Shown here: positions 56,706 through 64,000 of the stretch, piece after piece
How the letters are laid out: each line of letters opens with the position of its first letter
Numbering within the stretch: position 1 is the stretch's first letter
DNA from: Candidatus Krumholzibacteriota bacterium
Lineage (GTDB): Bacteria > Krumholzibacteriota > Krumholzibacteriia > JAJRXK01
DNA: 64,000 nucleotides
Assembly: GCA_963727455.1 (NCBI GenBank)
Contig: CAVSGG010000017.1
Location: 160,001 to 224,000 of the forward strand
Direction of reading: 5' to 3'
The notes under the pieces: generated by a model
Told to the model about the DNA's origin: nothing
The model's input: the letters and a program-made list of their open reading frames with translations, nothing else
The model's database searches: none
Translations under genes and position numbers: made by a program

Positions 56706-58039
56706 TGGGCCACCGCGTAGAGGAGCTTCACTTCCGCGAGCCGCAGGCGCGAGCGCTGAGCTGCAACTGCGATTTCCGCGTCGGAGAGATCGTCCTGGGC
56801 GTCCAACAATTCGGTTTCCGTACCCAGACCTTGTTGATAGCGTCCTTGCACCAACTTGAGCCGTTTGCTTTCCAGCTCGGCGCGTTGCTGCGCCTTGCTT
56901 ACTTGCTCGTGCTGAGCGCGCACCTGGGCTCGCGAAATTTCCAAGGCGTTCGTCAACTCCCGGTGAAGCTCCTCTTGTCGGTGGGAGAGGGCCCGTGCCA
57001 TGGCCGCGCGCTGTTCGACGCGCGCCGAACGCCCCCCCTTGTCAAACAGAGTCCATTGCAGTCGAAGACCTACCGTGGCCCAGTCCATCCATTCGTTGTC
57101 GACAACCCGAATTCCCGGGCGTGCATAATGGAGTTGCGCGGTGGCGTTGAGCGAGGGCATTAGGCTTCCCTTGGCGGCACGACTTGCTTCTCGATTGGCG
57201 GACTGGCGTGAATTCAGAGCGTGCAGCTCTGGCCTGGCGTCCACCGAACCCACCTTGCCGAGAATTCCATCGTCGGAGAGAAGGCTCTGGTCCAGCTGGC
57301 CTGCGGGGACCACTTCCCGGTCGGGGAAACCGAGCGCGCGCCCCAATTGCAGGCGTCGCACGGAAAGTTGCTCCTGCGCGTTCAACGAGCGCTGTTCGGC
57401 ACTGCGTAGTCTGGCTTCCACCTGCAGCTGAGCTTCAGTGGACGCCGCGCCGGCGCGAAGCTGCTGCTCCAGGTCTTTCAGGTGGCGGCGCAGGCGCTGC
57501 ACGGCCAAGTTTGCCGCATCGACTTCAGCTTGCGCGCCGAGGGCCAGATAGAAGCTGGTCCGCACTTGCTGGATCACGCGCAGGCTGTCCGCCGCTAGGT
57601 CGAAGCCGCTCGCTCTCGCCGCATCCCGCTGCGACCGTTCCTGTGCCTCGAGGCGTCCCCCGGTGTACAGGGGAAGTTCCAGGTCAGCGAGAACTCCGTA
57701 GCTCTCATTGTCGCCGAAGCGAACGGTGCGCGAGATGGGAGCCGGAAGATCGAACTCGTTTACCTCGCTCTGATAATGGAAGTCGGCACCCACCGAGAGA
57801 GTGGGCCAGCGTCGCGCGCTGGCTTCGTTCACTCCGGCTTGGGCCGCGCGTTGGCTCTCTTCAAAGGCGCGCAGGGTCGACGAGTTGGAGAGGGCAGCAT
57901 GGATGCAATGACCCAAGTCCATGGCGGTCGAGTTTTCTTCGGCTCGGCTCGCCCGCGCGGCAAAGGACATCAAGCCCACTGCCAAAGCAAAGGCGAGAGA
58001 GCGGCAGCGAGCTCGAGAAACGCTAGAGACAGAGCTCAT
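56702..58039 (-). CDS. TolC family outer membrane efflux protein
   Basis: Signal peptide; two OEP repeats (PLYTGG, TLFDKG, RYQQG....ELLDAQ). Confidence 0.9.
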   Translation of the reverse strand: MSSVSSVSRARCRSLAFALAVGLMSFAARASRAEENSTAMDLGHCIHAALSNSSTLRAFEESQRAAQAGVNEASARRWPTLSVGADFHYQSEVNEFDLPAPISRTVRFGDNESYGVLADLELPLYTGGRLEAQERSQRDAARASGFDLAADSLRVIQQVRTSFYLALGAQAEVDAANLAVQRLRRHLKDLEQQLRAGAASTEAQLQVEARLRSAEQRSLNAQEQLSVRRLQLGRALGFPDREVVPAGQLDQSLLSDDGILGKVGSVDARPELHALNSRQSANREASRAAKGSLMPSLNATAQLHYARPGIRVVDNEWMDWATVGLRLQWTLFDKGGRSARVEQRAAMARALSHRQEELHRELTNALEISRAQVRAQHEQVSKAQQRAELESKRLKLVQGRYQQGLGTETELLDAQDDLSDAEIAVAAQRSRLRLAEVKLLYAVAQ

Positions 58040-58788
58040 GACTCGGACTCCTTTGAAGTACGAGGAAGAAGTGCGCGCTGCAGCAATTCACTTTGGCCCT
58101 TCAGGAGCTGTTCCCAATGCTCATCGTCGAGTGTGGGAGCATCGAAGAGCACGCGCACGATCGGTTCGAGGAAGAGGGGGCCGTAGGCGCACATGAGCAG
58201 CAGGTTGGCGATGGCTCTGGGTTCGATCGCCGCCAGTTGCCCTGCTTGTTGCGCCTGGGTCATCGCGGCGAAGAGCAGCTGACGAAAGCCCTTTGGTCCG
58301 GAATCACCGAGTTCGCGAACGACCTCCAAGGCGTGAGGCGCGCCTTGGCCCATCTCGTGTCGAATGATGGCGAGGCGCACCGGGTCATCACGGAACGCGC
58401 CGTTGATGCGCCGCACCAAGCTGAGAAGGCGTTCGATGGGACTGGCTTCCTCCTCCGAGAGAACGCCGACGAGCTTGCCGAAGACTTGCAGCATTTCCAT
58501 GCCCAGGACCCGGCGGTAGAGCTGGACTTTCGAACCGAAGTAGTAGTGAACCATCGCCAAATTCACTTCAGCACGCTCAGCGATGGTGCGGGTCGTGGTC
58601 GCATCGAGTCCCTTCTCGGCGAAGGCATCGCGAGCGGCCTCGAGGATACGCGCCCGCGGACTGCCCGCCTCCGGGGCTTGAAATTCCGGCGGAATGGCCG
58701 CCAGACCGTGCTCGGCAGATTCGGATGAAGGCTCTTGGGAGGGTGTCAATGGGCTTCCTTCCACTCGGGGAGATCGTGGATTGGTCAT
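58036..58788 (-). CDS. TetR family regulator of the efflux operon
   Basis: RILEAA...FAEKG...TT.R.IA..A.VN.A.V.YYFGSK HTH. Confidence 0.92.
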   Translation of the reverse strand: MTNPRSPRVEGSPLTPSQEPSSESAEHGLAAIPPEFQAPEAGSPRARILEAARDAFAEKGLDATTTRTIAERAEVNLAMVHYYFGSKVQLYRRVLGMEMLQVFGKLVGVLSEEEASPIERLLSLVRRINGAFRDDPVRLAIIRHEMGQGAPHALEVVRELGDSGPKGFRQLLFAAMTQAQQAGQLAAIEPRAIANLLLMCAYGPLFLEPIVRVLFDAPTLDDEHWEQLLKGQSELLQRALLPRTSKESES

Positions 58789-58807
58789 ATGATTAAGTCA
58801 TACGATT
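58784..58807. promoter_or_regulatory. Putative TetR operator pair
   Basis: GTCATATGATT (58784-58794) and GTCATACGATT (58797-58807): quasi-palindromic tandem copies over the tetR start codon. Confidence 0.55.
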
Positions 58808-58918
58808 GATCATGGCAAGAGGGAATCCTCAAATTGCTCCTTCCCGTGGGCGACTTGCCGCCAGCCGGAGTGCTATAGTGCTGCCGTCACACAAGTTCCA
58901 AGAAGCTCCGGAGATCTG

Positions 58919-61201
58919 ATGCGCCTTCGTTCCAGCGTTCTTTGCCTGGTGATCCTAGTTCTGGTCGGGCTGCCGAGCCTGGGTCAGGCGGCGCCCCCGC
59001 GCCAACGCTTGCGGGGACGCGTGCTCGACGAGAAGGGGGTGGGACTGGCCGGAGTCGAGGTCTTGGCGAGCGGGTTTTATCGGGAGACCCTGACGGCCAG
59101 TGACGGCAGCTTCGAGCTGAGCGGACTTCCCGAAGGTAGCGTGACGCTTCTCTTTCATCGCCTCGGCTACGCCACGCTCACCCGCGAGGTGGTGCTGCCG
59201 GCGCAGGGAGCTTTGGAAGTTTCGTTGCAGGAGACGCCCTTCACGCTGCCCGCTTTCGAGGTCACCGCAGCGCGTACCCCGCGACCCCTATTGGACTCTC
59301 CATTGCCCAGCGCGTTTTTGGGTCAAGCCACTTTGGCGCGAGAGTCGAGCATCTCCCTTGCCCATGCGTTGGAGAAATTGTCTGGAGTGCGTACGGTTTC
59401 CACCGGTGCTCAAATCGGAAAACCCATGGTGCGTGGACTCACTGGCTCGCGAGTGCTGGTGCTCTCCAATGGCCACCGGGTGGAGGATTACTCGTGGAGC
59501 GACGAGGATGGCCCCTCCGTCGATCCAGCCCTCGTAGGCCGGGTGGAGGTGATTCGAGGCCCCGCTTCACTGCTCTATGGTTCGGATGCAATCAGTGGCG
59601 TCGTGAACGCGATCGCGCCGGAATTGCCGCGCGCCGAAAGAAAGGAGTCCTTCGTCCGCGGAAAATTGGGCGGCTACTTTTCCTCGAATAGCCGTGGCGG
59701 CGGCGGCTGGCTGCGCCTGGAAGGAGCACGTGGGAACTTGGGCTGGAGAGTGGCGGGCACGGGTCGCTTCGCGGAAGCCCTGCACACCCCGGACGGGGAA
59801 CTGGAGAACACCGGATTTGGCGCAGTGACTGGCGATGCCGCTGCCTTGATCCGCGGGGAGGATAGAGAGCTTTCCCTGCAGATTTCTCACTACGGTGGCG
59901 AGTTCAAACTCTTGGAGGCGGGCGGCCCGCCCCCCGGAGTGCAGGAAGGGGAGGAGGAGGGACCGGAACGTAAAAGTTCGGATTGGCGCGTTCAGCTGGA
60001 CGGGAAGCGGCAGCTCGGTGCCCTGCATCTCGAGACGAAGGCACAATGGGAGCGGCACTCGCTCATCGAATTGTCCGACGAGGCACTTGCAGACAGCACG
60101 GCCATTGCGCCCGCGACTTCCAGCGGCGGCAAGGAGCAGGAGGCATTTCACCTGCTGCTCGACAGCTTTTCGCTGGACTTGCTGGCACACCATCGAATCG
60201 GCGGGAAGCTCAACGGGACGGTGGGAGTCAGCGGCCTCTTGCAGTTCAACGATACGCAGGGTCCCATTCCGCTCGTACCCGATGCCTCGACCTCCTCGGC
60301 GGGAGCGTTTGTCTTCGAAGAGGCGCGTCTGGGGCGTTGGAGCGTATTGGGTGGAGCGCGGGCGGACGTGCGCAAGCTGAAGGCCGATGCGAATCCCGGT
60401 CTTGCGCTCGTAGCGGACGACGAGCGCGACTGGAGCGCCTTCTCCTCCGATATGGGAGCGGTCTTTCGCCCGCAGCGGCATCTGGCCCTCTCCGTGAATG
60501 CGGGACTGGCATGGCGCGCTCCCACCCTCTTCGAGCTCTATGCCGACGGACCACAAATTGCCGAGGCGCGTTACCTGCGTGGCCGTGCTGATCTAAAGGC
60601 GGAGCACGCGCTGGATCTCGACGCGGGGGTGCGCTACGAAACCGAGCGGGTGAGAGCCGAGCTGTCGGTATACCGCAATCGCATCGACGATTTCGTCGCT
60701 CTTTCTCCCACTGCAGGCATGATCGATGGGCTACGTCTGTGGGAATACGGACGGACCGACGCCATCCTCTCCGGCATGGAGGCGGGGCTGTCAGGGCCGG
60801 TCGGAGGACCCTTCCGGCTCTCCGGTCGTTTCGACACTGTGCGCGGCGAAGTCCGTGGAAGCGGAGATCCCTTGCCCTTGATTCCCCCGCCGCGCGGCGT
60901 GTTGGGCGCGGAAGCGGCGTGGCAAGAACTGAGTTGGGCTGAACAGTTTCAGGTGGGAGTCGAGATCGAGCTCGTGTCGCGAAAGCACCGTCTGGCGAGC
61001 GAGGAATTCTCGACCGCCGGATATGTGTTGCTCGCATGTGGGGCCGAGGTGAATCGGATGCTCAGGGGGCGCGAATGGGAGGTCTCCTTGCGAGTGAACA
61101 ATCTTCTCGACAAGCGGTATCGAGACTTCTTGAGCCGTTACAAGGAATTTGCCGACAATCCTGGAAGGGACGTGCGATTGAAATTAGGCACTTCGTTCTG
61201 A
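58919..61201 (+). CDS. TonB-dependent receptor with N-terminal carboxypeptidase-regulatory-like domain
   Basis: Plug motifs KPMVRG and RVEVIRGPASLLYGSDAISGVVN; NNLLDK.Y...PGR near the end; terminal Phe. Confidence 0.93.
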   Translation: MRLRSSVLCLVILVLVGLPSLGQAAPPRQRLRGRVLDEKGVGLAGVEVLASGFYRETLTASDGSFELSGLPEGSVTLLFHRLGYATLTREVVLPAQGALEVSLQETPFTLPAFEVTAARTPRPLLDSPLPSAFLGQATLARESSISLAHALEKLSGVRTVSTGAQIGKPMVRGLTGSRVLVLSNGHRVEDYSWSDEDGPSVDPALVGRVEVIRGPASLLYGSDAISGVVNAIAPELPRAERKESFVRGKLGGYFSSNSRGGGGWLRLEGARGNLGWRVAGTGRFAEALHTPDGELENTGFGAVTGDAAALIRGEDRELSLQISHYGGEFKLLEAGGPPPGVQEGEEEGPERKSSDWRVQLDGKRQLGALHLETKAQWERHSLIELSDEALADSTAIAPATSSGGKEQEAFHLLLDSFSLDLLAHHRIGGKLNGTVGVSGLLQFNDTQGPIPLVPDASTSSAGAFVFEEARLGRWSVLGGARADVRKLKADANPGLALVADDERDWSAFSSDMGAVFRPQRHLALSVNAGLAWRAPTLFELYADGPQIAEARYLRGRADLKAEHALDLDAGVRYETERVRAELSVYRNRIDDFVALSPTAGMIDGLRLWEYGRTDAILSGMEAGLSGPVGGPFRLSGRFDTVRGEVRGSGDPLPLIPPPRGVLGAEAAWQELSWAEQFQVGVEIELVSRKHRLASEEFSTAGYVLLACGAEVNRMLRGREWEVSLRVNNLLDKRYRDFLSRYKEFADNPGRDVRLKLGTSF

Positions 61202-61303
61202 GGGAGCTTTTTCCTCGGGCCGGATAACTATCCACCCACTTGCTGCGTACCTACTAGACAGATCCTGCGCTGTCCCCTTCCCCAAAGGAGGCCATCCTGG
61301 CGC

Positions 61304-62201
61304 ATGCGACCTCTTCCTACATGCCGTCTTCTCCTTGTGTTGCTCGTCCTTCCCCTCTTTTCACTTTGCTCTGCTTGCGCCAAGTCCTCGCACCAGCCGT
61401 CGCAGGGGATGCGCAAGGAAGTACGGATCGTATCACACGGCGACACTCTAGCCGCCTCGCTCATCCTACCCGCGGGAAAGGGCCCGTTTCCGGCCGCCGT
61501 CATTGTCCACGGATCGGGAAGCAGTCCGCGGGCAAACCCGTGGACCAAAGCCTATGTGGAGGCTCTGGTAGAGCGTGGGGTTGCCGTGCTCTATCCGGAC
61601 AAGCGCGGCTCGGGAGGTTCCCAGGGCGACTGGCAGATGGCCAGCTTCGCGATCTTGGCCGACGACGCTCTCTTTGAAGGTGAAGTTCGTGGTCGACGTC
61701 TCGGGGTCAGTGGTTCCTCTACGCGAGCAGATCGGCGATGAAATCAGGCAGACCGCGCTGGCCGAGGGGCGCAGCGAGGAGGAGCTGAAAACTCTGCGAG
61801 AACTCAACGAGTTGGGCATGCGCTACGCCCTGCAGGATGAGGGCTGGCAAGAGTACTCCGGCGCACTAATTGCGGCCAAGCACACGAGTCTGAAGGACAG
61901 CGAAGTGCTCGGCGGGTTCCCCGAAACCCGGGATCACCCCATCTGGGGCTTTTTACGGACGGTGGGAGATTTCGATCCCTTGCCCTACTGGGAGAAAGTG
62001 AAGGTTCCGGCGCTCTTTCTCTACGGCGGTAGAGATCGGAACGTCGACACCCGCAAGAGCGCGGCCATCGTGGAGAACACCCTCTTCTCCCCCGAGAAGA
62101 GCCTCTCGCTCCTCTTCTTCGGGAAGAACGGCCACGGACTCTTCCGGGACGATGCGATGGACTTTCTCGTGCGCTGGATCGGGGACAAAGGTATCGACTG
62201 A
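61304..62201 (+). pseudogene. Alpha/beta hydrolase with internal deletion and frameshift
   Basis: N-half has IVHGSG...PDKRG.G.S.G...LADDAL. At ~61673 the frame switches directly to VKFVVDVSG...PALFLYGGRD.NV...GH; the G-x-S-x-G segment is missing. Confidence 0.75.
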
Positions 62202-62291
62202 GTTTCGCCGGGCGGGAACTCGCTACTCTGTGCTATGTTCCAAAGAACGGAAGGACACTGCTCGCGCCCCTCACTCCGACACACGCCGGCC

Positions 62292-64000
62292 ATGGACGAC
62301 AAGACCCTCGATCTCAATCAAGGCGACGACGAGCCCATCAAACCGCAAAGGATAGATGCGGCCTCCGAACTCTCGCGGAAGATCGGTCATTACCGCCTCA
62401 TTCGCCTGATCGGCGAAGGTGGAATGGGACAGGTCTACGAGGCAGAACAGGTCGAGCCGCTCAAGCGCAAAGTCGCGCTCAAGATCGTCAAGCGAGGTAT
62501 GGACACGAACGAATTCGTGGCTCGCTTCGATTCCGAACGACAGGCCCTGGCGCTCATGGACCATCCCGCGATCGCCACCGTCTACGACGCCGGAACGACC
62601 GAGGGGGGCCGTCCCTACTTCGTCATGGAGTATGTGGAAGGCGAGCCGCTCATCGACTACTGCGACCGCAAACGTCTCACGATTCGGCAAAGGCTAGAAC
62701 TCTTCGTTCACGTCTGCGAAGGCGTTCAGCATGCTCACCAGAAGATCATCATTCATCGCGACCTCAAGCCGTCCAACGTACTGGTCACGGAGATCGACGG
62801 GAATCCCATTCCCAAGATCATCGACTTCGGAGTGGCCAAGGTCACCGATAGCTCGGTGTTCGATAACACGATGTCGACGTTCGCGGGGCAACTTATCGGG
62901 ACGCCCCAATACATGAGTCCCGAACAAGCGGACGCGACCGGCCAGGGCATCGACATCCGTGTCGACGTCTACGCGCTCGGAGTGATTCTCTACGAGCTCT
63001 TGGTGGGACAGCTTCCGTTCCCCGCCGAACGCTGGGAGAACATCGGCCTCAGCGAGATGCTGCGGATCATCCGGGAGGAAGAGCCACCCCCGCCGAGCTT
63101 CCGGGCCAAGGAGTTGCTCGCCTCCGGTGAGCTCTTCGATGCCATTGCCGCTGGGCGTAGACTCGATCCCAGTGCTCTCGCCAAGAGCCTGCGTGGTGAC
63201 CTGGACTGGATCACCATGCGGGCGCTGGAGAAGGACCGTACCCGCCGCTATGAAACGGTCATGGGGCTTTCCGTCGACGTCCAGCGCCATTTGAAAGACA
63301 TTCCGATCAGTGCGCGTCCACCAAGCAAGGTGTACACGACGAAGAAGTTCATTCGGCGGCACCGTACCGGCGTCATGGCCGGTGGCTTCGTGGTGCTCGC
63401 GGTTCTTCTGGGAATCGTTGGTACCACGACGGGGATGATCCGCGCCGTGCGCGCGGAACGCGCCGCCAACCAAGAGGCGGAAACGGCGACCAAGGTGACT
63501 GACTTTCTGGTCAACCTCTTCGAGGTTTCCGATCCCGATCACACGCGCGGCAACACCATCACCGCGCGCGAGATTCTCGATCAGGGTTCCGAGCGCATCT
63601 CGAAAGAACTGGCGGGTCAGCCCGAAACGGGCGCGCGCCTGATGAACACTATCGGCAAGGTGTACATGAACCTCGGCCTGTACGACGAGGCGGAGCCCAA
63701 GCTGAGCAAGGCGGTGGACTTGCGCCGCTCGGTGACCGGTGCGAACGATCCCCGGGTGGCTGGTTTCCAAGCCGACCTCGCCGACTTGTACATCGATCAG
63801 GGACGCTATCCCGAAGCACAGAAGATGCTGGAGCAGGCTCTCACCAAGATGGAGAGCAGCGGCAAGGTGAGCGAGCTCAAGATCGCCGACAGCATGAACG
63901 AATTGGCGGGGGCACTACGCCGCCAGGGCGAGTACGATGCCGCGCAACCACTCTATGAGCGGGCCCGGGAAATTCGGGTCAAGGAACTGGGGAAGGATGA
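62292..64000 (+). CDS. Hanks-type Ser/Thr kinase with TM segment and TPR repeats (runs off the window end)
   Basis: Not in the ORF track. Own translation gives IGHYRLIRLIGEGGMGQVY, IIHRDLKPSN, IIDFGVAK, GTPQYMSPEQ and LRGDLDWI..ALEKDR.RRY. Confidence 0.92.
   Translation, partial: MDDKTLDLNQGDDEPIKPQRIDAASELSRKIGHYRLIRLIGEGGMGQVYEAEQVEPLKRKVALKIVKRGMDTNEFVARFDSERQALALMDHPAIATVYDAGTTEGGRPYFVMEYVEGEPLIDYCDRKRLTIRQRLELFVHVCEGVQHAHQKIIIHRDLKPSNVLVTEIDGNPIPKIIDFGVAKVTDSSVFDNTMSTFAGQLIGTPQYMSPEQADATGQGIDIRVDVYALGVILYELLVGQLPFPAERWENIGLSEMLRIIREEEPPPPSFRAKELLASGELFDAIAAGRRLDPSALAKSLRGDLDWITMRALEKDRTRRYETVMGLSVDVQRHLKDIPISARPPSKVYTTKKFIRRHRTGVMAGGFVVLAVLLGIVGTTTGMIRAVRAERAANQEAETATKVTDFLVNLFEVSDPDHTRGNTITAREILDQGSERISKELAGQPETGARLMNTIGKVYMNLGLYDEAEPKLSKAVDLRRSVTGANDPRVAGFQADLADLYIDQGRYPEAQKMLEQALTKMESSGKVSELKIADSMNELAGALRRQGEYDAAQPLYERAREIRVKELGKD

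Noticed and set aside
58919-61201. TonB receptor as the missing SusC of the glucan locus, or as a riboswitch-controlled BtuB
   Set aside because: It is 35 kb away, has no SusD partner or ROK operator, and no cobalamin riboswitch core is visible upstream.
1-64000. rRNA, tRNA, CRISPR arrays, IS elements, prophage or defence systems
   Set aside because: None was recognised by eye, and nearly all of the sequence is accounted for by protein-coding genes. A covariance-model scan would be needed to exclude small RNAs.

Overview
GC-rich chromosomal window from a diderm bacterium. Several secreted proteins carry FlgD-Ig/T9SS-type-A-like tails and one ends in 'SWGKVKALYR', which suggests (inference) an FCB-related candidate lineage such as Krumholzibacteriota, Eisenbacteria or Latescibacterota. 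In order, the window holds: (1) the end of a GT2/LAB_N/ArnT envelope-glycosylation operon, converging on a DUF4956-CotH-VTC operon; (2) a ~17 kb ROK-controlled beta-1,3-glucan locus with no SusC/SusD (lipoprotein, ROK, clan GH-A enzyme with a beta-barrel-like C-terminus, GH1, GH149 phosphorylase, GH16, MFS, GH17), with four copies of a TTTGTTCG-N5-CGAACAAA operator and two paralogous secreted proteins that differ mainly in their C-terminal tag; (3) an operon of EctR-like MarR, methyltransferase, Na+:solute symporter, atypical carbamoyltransferase (frameshifted) and AsnB-like amidotransferase, a candidate compatible-solute pathway; (4) norR-ric-qNor with a sigma54 promoter; (5) a 19-heme cytochrome c fused to cytochrome b; (6) three Hanks-type kinases, TlpA, exported MsrBA, a TetR-TolC-MFP-ABC efflux operon, a TonB receptor and a broken hydrolase. 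No rRNA, tRNA, CRISPR or mobile element was recognised. All family calls come from motifs read by eye; no searches were run.
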